Counted from the first letter of the stretch, positions 10,551-19,801 are shown. The stretch is DNA of 64,000 nt from Nitrospirota bacterium (GCA_963840455.1 CAWIYV010000009.1:376712-440711), one strand, 5' to 3'. Notes: generated from the sequence alone by a model not told the origin. Numbers and translations are program-made.

Positions 10551-10701
10551 TAGCCGCTTCCGAACAGCCGTTGCCGCCCTGTTCCACTCGATCACTCTTT
10601 CCAATCCGATCTTCCTGTCCTCATCAGTATTAGCGATTTGACTCCCCCCAGATGCTCCCTTAAGATGGCCCCGGTACCAGCTCCATCTTCGGAGGTCAAG
10701 C

Positions 10702-11445
10702 ATGCAATTCGCGCGAAAACTGCTCTTCATCGCACTGTTCATATCGGTTTTTGTTCCCGTCACGACGCCCTCGGCAGAAAAGGAGTTCCGCGTCATCGCG
10801 ACCGAGGAGCTCAAGGCTATGCTGGACGGGAAGAAGGACTTCGTCCTCGTGGACACGCGCACGGCCGAAGAGTATTAGGAGGCGCACATCAAGGGAGCGA
10901 TGAGCATCCCGGAAAAGAGCTTCGAGAACCAGCTCGCCCTTCTGCCGGCGGACAAGAACGCCCTGATCGTGCTGTACTGCAACGGCGTCAAGTGCGGCAA
11001 GAGCAGGAAGTCGGCAAAGAAGGCCGAGGCAGCAGGGTACATGAACCTGGTCATCTACGCCGAGGGATTCCCTGTCTGGGAGGAAAAGGGCTTTGCCATC
11101 GTTGCCGGGCCGGAGCACGCGAAGAAGATCGAGACCGCGAAGGTGAAGACCTACCGAGCTCAAGCAGCTCCTGGATACGAAGTAGCGCGAACATCGTGAT
11201 CGTGGACGTACGGGACGAGGCGGAGTTCAGGGAAGGGCACATCCCCACGTCGATCAACATCCCCGTCGAGACCTTCGCGCTCCGCTCCGAGGTCCTACCG
11301 AAGGAGAAAGAAGATCATCGTGTACTGCAACACCGGCGGCAGGAGCTACAACGCCTACCGGAAGCTGATGAAGCTCGCTTATCCGAGCATCGCTCAGGCG
11401 ACCTTTGCTGAGTGGAAGGAAGCGGGCATGCCCGTCGAGAAGTAG
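10702..11445 (+). pseudogene. Exported tandem-rhodanese sulfurtransferase, disrupted
   Basis: GGAGG RBS and signal peptide. Two rhodanese domains (YCNGVKCGKS; YCNTGGRS) are reconstructed across an in-frame TAG at 10876-10878 and frameshifts near 11150-11185 and ~11310. Confidence 0.8.
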
Positions 11446-11463
11446 ACAGGGGAACGATCGTAG

Positions 11464-11990
11464 ATGTCCGACGAAATTTCATCGATCAGAAAGGTATATC
11501 GCGATCCCTCTTCGATCGGACCCTGGGAGAGGTGCGTTCCCGAGGGCGGCTAGGCACCGTGGTAGCCGGAAAGGCCGATGCATTTAATCGGGTCCTCACC
11601 GGCCGCACCAGCGGCCAGGGACGGGACAGGTTCCGCTTCACCCGGAAGGGGGAGTATCGCATCAAGAACTGCCGGAAAGTGGACCTTGGATGCGGCTACC
11701 GCATTGTCTGCATCCAGAAGGATCACCGTCTCGTCCTGCTGTTCATCGGCACGCACGACGACTGTTTCCGGTGGATCGAGCGTCACCGTACGGCAGAGTA
11801 TGACCTTGACGGCGTGCCCGAGGAGGCATGGACGGCCGTTATCGCCGATCGTCCGGCCGAGCGGCCGCGCCGGGAATTGGAGCACGACGAGGAGTGTCTT
11901 GCCGAGGAATATGAAGAGTCGCTCATGGACAAGATCGATGACGGGGTCCTGCGGAAAGTATTCGCCGGCATCGTCAATGGACGAACGTGA
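11464..11990 (+). CDS. Hypothetical protein with RelE/ParE-like signature (probable frameshift near 11508)
   Basis: KVDLGCGYRIVC...LVLLFIGTHDDC resembles the RelE-superfamily C-terminal strands. The ATG at 11464 is out of frame with the main ORF. Confidence 0.5.
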
Positions 11991-12044
11991 TCAAGGAACG
12001 GTAACGATGAGCGAACGAAAATTTGCTTGAAAGGAGATCAGACC

Positions 12045-12677
12045 ATGAAACATACATTCACGCTGGGGGCGAGCACCATCCCGGGAGAGTTCATCATTCC
12101 CCGGCTGCTGTCAGCCATGATCAAGCACCTGCCGGAGATCGAGCTCAAGGTGGAGATCTCGGACAGCCTGAAGGTGTTTGAGGGGGTGCGGAAAGGACAG
12201 CACGAGATCGGAATTATCGGGACGCGGTTCGATTCGCCGGAGGTCGACTTCGCGGTCATGGTCAAGGACGACCGGCTGGTGCTGATCACACCGAAGAACC
12301 ATCCGCTTGCAGCGAAACAAAACGTAGCCTTGAGCGACCTCAAAGGTCAGAGCTTCGTCACCCGGGAAAAGGGCTCGGGGACGCGGGCGGCCTATGAGAA
12401 GGCGTTCAAGGACGCGGGGCTCGCGCTAGCGGACCTGAACACGGTCGCCGAGGTCGGTACCACCGAAGGGGTCATCCAGGCTGTCGAGGGCGGCGCGGGG
12501 ATCGCCATTGTTTCGGAGCTGGCGGCGAAAGAGGCCATCGAGCTCGGGAAGATCAAGGCGTTGAACATTCCCCTGCTCAAGATGGTCCGGGATTTCTCGA
12601 TCATTACCCGGAAAGGGACAGCGCTTTCGAAAGATGCATCGGAAGTGCTTGCCGTGATCAAGGCGGTCATGAAGTAA
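12045..12677 (+). CDS. LysR effector-binding-domain-only protein (no HTH)
   Basis: AAGGAG RBS; begins directly at TLGASTIPGEFIIP; contains REKGSGTR; clearly similar to the C-terminal part of 9660-10550. Confidence 0.85.
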   Translation: MKHTFTLGASTIPGEFIIPRLLSAMIKHLPEIELKVEISDSLKVFEGVRKGQHEIGIIGTRFDSPEVDFAVMVKDDRLVLITPKNHPLAAKQNVALSDLKGQSFVTREKGSGTRAAYEKAFKDAGLALADLNTVAEVGTTEGVIQAVEGGAGIAIVSELAAKEAIELGKIKALNIPLLKMVRDFSIITRKGTALSKDASEVLAVIKAVMK

Positions 12678-12727
12678 CGTAGATACAGTTTGCTGAAGGA
12701 GCAGTGCTGTCAACGAGGAGACGTTAT

Positions 12728-12822
12728 GACTGGCTGTGTCGGCTGGCGCCGGCTGCAGGCTTCAATCCTGTAGGACTGCCGTGAAGGGCATGTCATCGGT
12801 TCGATTCCGAAGTCAGTCTCCA
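12728..12822 (+). tRNA. Atypical tRNA(UCA): tRNA-Sec-like body, 8/4 fold, U73
   Basis: Acceptor GACTGGCT/AGTCAGTC (8 bp); D stem GTCGGC/GCCGGC (6 bp) with TGGC loop; anticodon stem TGCAGG/CCTGTA with loop CTTCAAT; long variable arm; T stem TCGG/CCGA (4 bp) with TTCGATT loop; ends T-CCA. Confidence 0.9.
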
Positions 12823-12906
12823 AGTGAACGAACGACCAGCCAGGAATGCATTGTCGCAGAACGAACGAGCGGGGAGGCTCTTCGATCTCATCTCAAGGAG
12901 GAGTAC

Positions 12907-13425
12907 ATGGAACGGGAGCATCGTGAAGAGAAGGATCGCGAGGAGCTGAGCAGGCAGGATTTCCTGAAGGTCGCGGGGATCGCCGGCCTCGGCATGGCTG
13001 GGTTGGGCGCCATGATGAGCGCGCCCGTGTCAGCGGAAGAGGCCAAGGAGGGGAAGAAGGGGAAGTATGTCATCGTCATTACCCACGGAGGCAACAATCC
13101 GAACCGTGCGATCTGGGCGCTCCTGATGGCGGAGACGATCCAGAAGAAGGGATTGGGCGATGTGCATGTCTGGATGACCATCGAAGGAGCCGACCTGAGC
13201 AAGAAGAGCGTTCCCGAGAAGATCGTTTCTCCTATATTCTCCAAGTTCGGCAATGCCATGGAGATCATGGACCGTGTGCGGAAGAACGGGTGCAAGTTCG
13301 GCGTCTGCCCTCCCTGCGCGGAGTATTTCAGCGCCAAGGGCGATGAGAAGTTCGACTGGGTGGAGCTGCAGGGCGGCGACTGGCTGATGAAGAATATCCA
13401 GGATGCCTGGGTGGTGTGGTTCTAG
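12907..13425 (+). CDS. DsrE-family protein with Tat-like leader
   Basis: AAGGAGGAG RBS; SRQDFLK plus hydrophobic stretch; VHVWMTIEGA...VCPPC DsrE fold. Confidence 0.75.
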   Translation: MEREHREEKDREELSRQDFLKVAGIAGLGMAGLGAMMSAPVSAEEAKEGKKGKYVIVITHGGNNPNRAIWALLMAETIQKKGLGDVHVWMTIEGADLSKKSVPEKIVSPIFSKFGNAMEIMDRVRKNGCKFGVCPPCAEYFSAKGDEKFDWVELQGGDWLMKNIQDAWVVWF

Positions 13426-13507
13426 CGGTATCATTTCGCAAGGGGGCCGGTCGTGTTTGCTGCGACTGGCCCTGATCGTTTAGAAGAACGAGCAACGGAG
13501 GTCGGAC

Positions 13508-13921
13508 ATGCATGCGGAAGGACCGAGTACCGGCTGTGGAGCACATGCAAAAGGCGCCGAGATGAGAACGAGCGATGCGGGCTGGGCAAAGAGCCTGCTG
13601 CTGATCGTGGGATCGGATGTTCTGGGCAAGGAAGAGGCCATCGGAAAGGTCCTGATGAAGGGCTTCTTCGAGACGATGAAGGTCCACAAACAGGTACCGC
13701 ACACCATCTTCTTCCTGAACGCGGGAGTGAAGCTGACCACCACGAACGAAGAAACGGTACCGCTCCTCAAGGAGATTGAGGCCATGGGCGTCGAGATCTA
13801 CACCTGCGGTACCTGCCTTAAATACTACAACCTTGAGCCCTCTCTCAAGGTCGGACATCGCGGTACGACCAATCATATTGTTGAGGGACTGCAGGACTTC
13901 GGCAAGGTCGTGTGGATCTGA
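13508..13921 (+). CDS. YedF-like selenium-metabolism protein (DsrE-like domain only)
   Basis: SDVLG...IGKVLMKGFFETM...IFFLNAGVKLT...GVEIYTCGTCLKYY matches the YedF C-terminal domain. No TusA-like N-terminal domain is seen. Confidence 0.8.
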   Translation: MHAEGPSTGCGAHAKGAEMRTSDAGWAKSLLLIVGSDVLGKEEAIGKVLMKGFFETMKVHKQVPHTIFFLNAGVKLTTTNEETVPLLKEIEAMGVEIYTCGTCLKYYNLEPSLKVGHRGTTNHIVEGLQDFGKVVWI

Positions 13922-14115
13922 AACAGGTCTGGAGCTCTGTTCCGCGATGAACGTCAAGGTCCGGCTCTGTTCGCCGCCCGTCGTTTCTGTCTTTCACCAC
14001 GCAACTCTCCATCAAACACCGTTATATTTACTCCGCCTCTTCAACCATCCTGTCTTCCCTGTGTCTTATCAACCGGACGCAAGATCAAATTATTCGACAC
14101 AAGGAGGATACAGGT

Positions 14116-14607
14116 ATGAAGAAGTATTGGATCATCGGTTTAGTGCTGGTACTTGCGGCAGCAACAGCGGCATTCGCGCAGCCCTGGCAGGGATGGAAGA
14201 ACTGCGGGGGCTGGTGCAAGGAAGAGGGGATGACGGGAGGGCCGGGCGGCGGGCAGGGAAGGATGTATGACCCCGCCAAAGCGGAGACGATCAAGGGCGA
14301 GGTGACGGCGGTCGAGCAGATCGGCGGCGGCCGGAGGATGGGCCCGGGCGTGGGGCTGAAGCTCAAGACGGCAGCGGGCGAACAGTTCGTACATCTGGGG
14401 CCGCAGTGGTACATCGAACAGCAGGGAGAAATGCCGATCAAGGCAGGAGACACGGTCGAGGTGACGGGCGTGAAGGCCGCGCGCGGCGGCAAGGACTTCT
14501 TCATCGCCGGGATGGTTAAGAAAGGCGATGACGTTCTGAAGCTTCGCGATGAGACCGGCGTCCCCGCGTGGGCGGGATGGAGGCGGGGAGGGGTGGCACC
14601 GAAGTAG
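14116..14607 (+). CDS. Exported OB-fold-like protein
   Basis: AAGGAGG RBS; signal peptide; MYDP...ETIKGEV...VHLGPQWY...GDTVEVTG...LRDETGVPAW. Confidence 0.75.
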   Translation: MKKYWIIGLVLVLAAATAAFAQPWQGWKNCGGWCKEEGMTGGPGGGQGRMYDPAKAETIKGEVTAVEQIGGGRRMGPGVGLKLKTAAGEQFVHLGPQWYIEQQGEMPIKAGDTVEVTGVKAARGGKDFFIAGMVKKGDDVLKLRDETGVPAWAGWRRGGVAPK

Positions 14608-14654
14608 GAGCGAGCAGAAGCGCATTGTTTAAACCCTGAAAGCATACTGCGAGC

Positions 14655-14687
14655 GGCTGGCCCAGGATAACAGGGCCGGCCTTTTTT
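14655..14687 (+). terminator. Intrinsic terminator
   Basis: Stem GGCTGGCCC/GGGCCGGCC followed by TTTTTT. Confidence 0.75.
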
Positions 14688-14707
14688 GTCCCTTCCGTAC
14701 AAATCCC

Positions 14708-14736
14708 TTGACTCTTGTCCACCGTGCTTCTACAAT
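14708..14736 (+). promoter_or_regulatory. Sigma70-type promoter
   Basis: TTGACT-17 nt-TACAAT. Confidence 0.7.
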
Positions 14737-14765
14737 GTCAGAACTTTCAGCGGCACGGGCGGGAC

Positions 14766-15398
14766 ATGGAACGGGACATGACGTACGCCGATGCCGTTAC
14801 GGGCATCGAGAAATACCTTACGCGGGGCAAATTCGCCAAGGCCGATGTCTTCATCGCCCGCTACCGCGGCTTGCGGTTCATCGTAAAGGACTTCGGGAAA
14901 CGCGGTTTCTGGGAACGGAACCTCATCGGCCGCATCGTTATCGGCCGCGAGTCGCGGGCCTATAGGGCCCTTGCCGGGATCGAGGGATTGCCCGCACGCT
15001 TCAAGCGGCTCACGCCGTTCTCCCTTGCCATCGAGTATCTCGAAGGCAGGGACCTGGGCGGGGTCGAGCGGCATGAGATCGGCCCGGGGGTCATCCGCCA
15101 GTTCGAGCGGATCATTGACGATATCCATGACCGCGGCTGGGTCCACCTGGACCTCCAGCGGCGCTCCAACATCCTGCTGGTGAACGACCGGGTGTTCGTG
15201 GTCGACCTGGCCTCGGCGTTCCATCCCGGCGGCGTCCCGGTCATCGGCCGCTGGCTGGTGCGTCTCCTGGGGTTCGCCGACCGGCTGTCGCTCATCAAGA
15301 TGAAGACGATCTTCGCGTCAGAGCTTCTTTCACCCAATGATCGGAAACTGATCAAGATGCGGAACCTTCTCATGCCGACGAAATGGTCCCCTGAGTAA
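14766..15398 (+). CDS. RIO1/Kdo-like kinase-fold protein
   Basis: IVKDF, IEYLEG, H.RGWVHLDL...SNILL and VVDLA kinase motifs. Start may be 14778. Confidence 0.75.
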   Translation: MERDMTYADAVTGIEKYLTRGKFAKADVFIARYRGLRFIVKDFGKRGFWERNLIGRIVIGRESRAYRALAGIEGLPARFKRLTPFSLAIEYLEGRDLGGVERHEIGPGVIRQFERIIDDIHDRGWVHLDLQRRSNILLVNDRVFVVDLASAFHPGGVPVIGRWLVRLLGFADRLSLIKMKTIFASELLSPNDRKLIKMRNLLMPTKWSPE

Positions 15399-15455
15399 CG
15401 TCAACCGCATAGGCGGTAGCGGATCACGTTGCAGTACACGACAAGGAGACGATCC

Positions 15456-16025
15456 ATGGCGGTCAAAGACACCCTGCAGTACAAACTGACGAAGGTGACG
15501 GGAAAGACCGTGATGGCCGGTATTGTTGGGATCGTCATGTTCTTTCTGGCGAAGGGCAGGACCCTCGAACCGGCCTGGTTCATCCCGGGCGCCGCCATTA
15601 CTCTGTTCGGCGAATGGCTCCGTCTCTGGGCCGCCGGCCACCTCCGCAAGAACAAGCAGCTTACGACGACGGGTCCCTACTCGTACGTGAAGAACCCCCT
15701 CTACATCGGCACACTGCTCATCACCGTGGGTTACAGCGCCATGGCGATGAACTATTGGATCATGGTCGCCGGCTTTGTCTGGTTCTTCATCTATTATGCG
15801 CCGTACAAGAAGAAACAGGAGAACGAGAAGCTCATCGGCAGCTTCGGCGATGCCTGGATCGAGTTCGACAAGGCTGTGCCCGACTACCTCCCGCGCCTGT
15901 CGCCCTACCCCGGCAGGGGGACGAACCGCTGGAGCTGGGAGGTCGTGAAGGAGAACTCGGAGCACGAAACCGCCGTCGCGGTCTTCATCGGATTCGCTGT
16001 CATGTTCTATCTGCTGGTCCGGTAG
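15456..16025 (+). CDS. Isoprenylcysteine carboxyl methyltransferase / PEMT family membrane protein
   Basis: LRLWAAGHL.K...LTTTGPYSYVKNPLYIG...VP.YLP; AAGGAG RBS. Confidence 0.85.
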   Translation: MAVKDTLQYKLTKVTGKTVMAGIVGIVMFFLAKGRTLEPAWFIPGAAITLFGEWLRLWAAGHLRKNKQLTTTGPYSYVKNPLYIGTLLITVGYSAMAMNYWIMVAGFVWFFIYYAPYKKKQENEKLIGSFGDAWIEFDKAVPDYLPRLSPYPGRGTNRWSWEVVKENSEHETAVAVFIGFAVMFYLLVR

Positions 16026-16167
16026 CATACCGGATTATATCTCCCCGCGAGGGGCCGCCCGGCCCCTCTGCTCCCTTCCCCGCCCGCATTCAGGCCGATT
16101 TACCCCTTGACTTGACATACGCTGTTTGGGATACTCGCTTTACTCCGCCTCAACGGGATGGTATGCA

Positions 16168-19100
16168 ATGAACACGGCACAGGTCATCGGGTATCCCTTG
16201 CTCCTCATCTCCGTGCTCGAGCTGTTTCTCGGGTTCCTGCTCCTGAAGCAGAACCCCCGCAACAGTCTTGCCAGCAAGGCGACCGCGGCCTGCGCCTTTG
16301 CCGCCGCCCTGTGGTCCCTGAGCGCGTCCCTCATGTACATCCGGCTCTCTCTCGGCCTCGACTACCTGCTGTTTCAACGCGCCTGCTGGGTTGGATGGTT
16401 CACGGTCCCCACGGCACTTCAGACGGTGTTCTTCCTGCAGGACGAGCGGAGCCGCAAGGCCCGCCTCGCCGGCGTGGTCCTGTATCCCTTCTGGACCGCG
16501 GTGCTCGCTCTGTGCCTGTTCACCGATCTCATTGTGACACCGGGCTTTATTCCGCTTCCTTACTCCAACAGCCCTGGACCGCTCGAGATGCCCATACGGC
16601 TGGCGGGCAGCATGATGGCCTTTTGGCTGATCTACGAGATCGCCAAACTGAGGCGGCAGGTGACCGGCTACCGGCGCGCCCAGCTCAGCTATTATCTCTA
16701 CGGGACGGCCATCTTCGGGACCGGCGGAGCGGTCATCGCCGGACTCCTCCAGCTGTTCACCGGGAGGGGGATCGAGCCGTCCCTGAGCGCGTACTTCAGC
16801 CTGCCCTGGGTCCTGATGATCTTCTATGCGATTACGCGCCACCGCCTGTTCGATATCCGAATCATCATCTCGCGCACCCTGATCATCCTCATCCTGTCTT
16901 TCTGCATCTCGGCGTTCCAGTTCGTGCTGTTCAAGGTCCTGGAACCCCTCATCGGCCCGGTTGCCACCATTTTCATCTCGGTCCCGGTCATCGGGGTCAT
17001 CTTCTTCGGCACCCCGCTCAGCCGGACCGTGCAACAGTGGATCAATGATCTGGTGCTCAGGGGCCGCTACCAATACCAGAAGATGCTGAAGGAATCTGCA
17101 AACGCCATGGTAGCCATCCTGGAACGGGACGAGCTGCTCCGGTTTATCGTCGAGACCGTGCGAAGCGGACTGGGGGTCCGGGAGGTCTTCCTCTATCTGC
17201 TCGGGCCGGACGGCAGCTATTCTCTACGCCATAGCCGCAGGGCCAATGGGGAAATGCCGGACGGCTGCGTTCTGCCGGACAACGTGGTCACCTGTCTCAC
17301 CGAGACCAGCCAGCCCATCATCGGCGATGAGCTGGCGGTCGGACCGTCCGGCGTCGATACCGGCCTCCGGGAAACGATCCGGAGAATGGGGGCGGAGATC
17401 ATTCTCCCGCTGATCTCCCAGGGCCGGCTGCTGGGCGCCCTGACGCTGAACGAGCGCAGCAACGGCGAACCCTTTCTCCAGGGCGACATCGACGCGCTCC
17501 AGACCCTCGCCGGCCACGCGGCTGTGGCCATCGAGAACGCCCGGCTCTTTGAAGAGGCCGTTCAGGCCCGGGCATCGCTGAAGGAGAGTGAGGACATGTT
17601 TCGCACTCTGGCGGAAACTTCGAACGCCGCCATCCTCATTTTCCGGCCTGACGAGGTCATCTATACGAACGGTGCTCTTTCCCGGATGTCCGGCTATACC
17701 GTCGATGAATGGAAGGTAATGCATCCGCTCGCCCTCGTTCATGACGATTTCCGGGAAATGATGGTCCAGAGAGGCATGGCGCGGATGCGCGGCGAAAACG
17801 TCCCGTCGCAGTACGAATTCAAATTCATTCACCGGGACGGATCGGAGCGATGGGCGATCACCAGCTCCGCCACCCTTGCGCTGCGGGGAGGACCCGCACT
17901 TCTTGCGACGATGGTGGACATTACGGGCCTGAAGAAGGCAGAGGATGAGCAGGCACGACTGTACCGGGAGAATGAACGGCACTACCGGGAAAAGATCTCC
18001 GAGCAGGAACGGTTCGCTGCGGTGCTGAGCACGACGCGCGAGGGATTCTGGATCTGCGGGGTTGATGTGCGCTTCACCTTCGTCAACGACGCCTATTGCA
18101 GGATGCTGGGCTACAGCCGCGATGAGCTCCTGGCCATGTCGATCAAAGATGTTGAGTTGAACGAAAGCACCGCGGACGTGGATGCCCGTACCGCGAGGAT
18201 CAAACGCGACGGGTACGACCTGTTCGAGACCAAGCACCGGCGAAAGGACGGGAGCCAGATCGACCTTGAGATCACCGTGAGCAGATTCAAGGACGAGGAG
18301 ACGTTCTTCTCCTTCGGCCGCGACATCACGGACCGCAAAAAGGCCGAGGCGGAGCAGGCCCGGTTCGCTGCCGTGGTCAGCGCGACCAACGAGGGGTTCT
18401 ACATCTGCAACAACGACTCGGATTTCCTGTTCGTCAACGAGGCCTACTGCAAGATGCTGGGGTACAGTCGAGAGCAGCTGCTGGCCCTGTCGGTCAAGGA
18501 AATGGAGGTTGACGAAAACGCAGATATGGTAGACGACCACTCACGCAAGGTCATACTGGAGGGACATGACCTGTTCGAGACCCGGCACCGCCGGAAGGAT
18601 GGCACGCTGCTCGATCTCGAGATTAACGTCAACCGGTTCAAGGGCGAGGACCTGTTCTTCTCTTTCTGCCGCGATATCACTGATCGGAAGAAGGCCGAGG
18701 AGGCGCTGCGGCGGAGCGAAGAGCGGTTCCGTCAGGTCTCGGAGACCGCTCAAGAGTGGATATGGGAAGTGGACCGCGACGGACTGTATACCTATTCCAG
18801 CCCGGTGGTCATGACCCTGCTCGGCTACCATCCCGACGAGATCGTCGGAAAACGCTCCTTCTTCGATTTCTTCGTTCCCGAGGAAAGGGAGCAGCTGAAA
18901 CGGGACGCCTTCAAGGTCTTCGCGGAAAAGGAGGTGTTCCACGACTTCGTGAACCGCAACCTGCACCGGGATGGACGGGAGGTCGTTTTCTCGACAAGCG
19001 GGATCCCCATCATCGACGAAAAAGGCGACCTTCTGGGATACCGCGGTGTGGACTTCAATATCTCCGAGCGCATTCGTGCCGAACAGGAGCGGAGAGGGTT

Positions 19101-19746
19101 CTATGAAGAGAGCCTCAATCACTACCAGGAGCTCCTGGTAGAGCAGCAGCGCCACCAGGCGGAGAAGGAGAATATCCTGAAGGATCTCCACGACGGCATC
19201 GGCGGGATCACGACGAACATCAAGCTGCTTGCGGAGCTGGCGCAGAAGCAGGACGGACTGTCCGTGGTCAAACGTTCGCTGTCCACGATCGCGGACCTTT
19301 CCCAAGAAAGCCTGTCGGAAATCCGAAACTTCATTCAGAGCCTTGACGCCAAGGAGCTTACCTGGCAGGCGATCGCCGCCGAGTTCAGGAGCCTGGGGAA
19401 CTCGATTGTTGTGCCGCACGGCGTCACGTTCTCTCTCGATGTCCGGTTCGGGGAGGAGACCGGCGGCCCGACCAGCTCCGTCAGTATGAACCTCTTCCGG
19501 ATCTACAAGGAGTCCCTGGCGAACATCATCAAGCATGCGAAGGCCACGGCGGTCGATGTCCGGTTCTCGGTCGAGGGAGGGCGGGTGTCCCTCGAGGTCC
19601 GGGACAACGGCGTCGGCCTCGACAGGAAACGCGCGAGCGGCAGGGGGCTCGTGAACATGAAAAATCGCGCTCTGGGGATGGGCGGCAACCTGACGGTCAC
19701 GACCGACAAGGGAACGTGGCTGCGCCTCGATTTCCCCATGCCCTGA
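16168..19746 (+). CDS. Membrane sensor histidine kinase (multi-TM, GAF, 4 PAS, HisKA_3/HATPase)
   Basis: Hydrophobic N-terminus; GAF ending AVAIENARL; four PAS/PAC repeats; DLHDGIG; ESLANIIKHA; DNGVG. Confidence 0.9.
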   Translation: MNTAQVIGYPLLLISVLELFLGFLLLKQNPRNSLASKATAACAFAAALWSLSASLMYIRLSLGLDYLLFQRACWVGWFTVPTALQTVFFLQDERSRKARLAGVVLYPFWTAVLALCLFTDLIVTPGFIPLPYSNSPGPLEMPIRLAGSMMAFWLIYEIAKLRRQVTGYRRAQLSYYLYGTAIFGTGGAVIAGLLQLFTGRGIEPSLSAYFSLPWVLMIFYAITRHRLFDIRIIISRTLIILILSFCISAFQFVLFKVLEPLIGPVATIFISVPVIGVIFFGTPLSRTVQQWINDLVLRGRYQYQKMLKESANAMVAILERDELLRFIVETVRSGLGVREVFLYLLGPDGSYSLRHSRRANGEMPDGCVLPDNVVTCLTETSQPIIGDELAVGPSGVDTGLRETIRRMGAEIILPLISQGRLLGALTLNERSNGEPFLQGDIDALQTLAGHAAVAIENARLFEEAVQARASLKESEDMFRTLAETSNAAILIFRPDEVIYTNGALSRMSGYTVDEWKVMHPLALVHDDFREMMVQRGMARMRGENVPSQYEFKFIHRDGSERWAITSSATLALRGGPALLATMVDITGLKKAEDEQARLYRENERHYREKISEQERFAAVLSTTREGFWICGVDVRFTFVNDAYCRMLGYSRDELLAMSIKDVELNESTADVDARTARIKRDGYDLFETKHRRKDGSQIDLEITVSRFKDEETFFSFGRDITDRKKAEAEQARFAAVVSATNEGFYICNNDSDFLFVNEAYCKMLGYSREQLLALSVKEMEVDENADMVDDHSRKVILEGHDLFETRHRRKDGTLLDLEINVNRFKGEDLFFSFCRDITDRKKAEEALRRSEERFRQVSETAQEWIWEVDRDGLYTYSSPVVMTLLGYHPDEIVGKRSFFDFFVPEEREQLKRDAFKVFAEKEVFHDFVNRNLHRDGREVVFSTSGIPIIDEKGDLLGYRGVDFNISERIRAEQERRGFYEESLNHYQELLVEQQRHQAEKENILKDLHDGIGGITTNIKLLAELAQKQDGLSVVKRSLSTIADLSQESLSEIRNFIQSLDAKELTWQAIAAEFRSLGNSIVVPHGVTFSLDVRFGEETGGPTSSVSMNLFRIYKESLANIIKHAKATAVDVRFSVEGGRVSLEVRDNGVGLDRKRASGRGLVNMKNRALGMGGNLTVTTDKGTWLRLDFPMP

Positions 19747-19801
19747 AAATACCCTTCCGGAACGCTGGCATTGAACGGCCCGTTGTGCTAGAGTCAATCC
19801 T

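Noticed and set aside
10876-10878. In-frame TAG in the tandem rhodanese as pyrrolysine or programmed read-through
   Set aside because: The position is non-catalytic (likely CAG to TAG), the gene also has frameshifts, and no pyl genes are in view.
12736-12906. N-terminal extension of the DsrE-like ORF given in the ORF track
   Set aside because: It overlaps the UCA tRNA, and a strong RBS supports the ATG at 12907.
18008-18700. Internal DNA similarity in the sensor kinase as a DGR template/variable repeat pair
   Set aside because: An ordinary in-frame PAS domain duplication. Differences are not adenine-specific and there is no reverse transcriptase.
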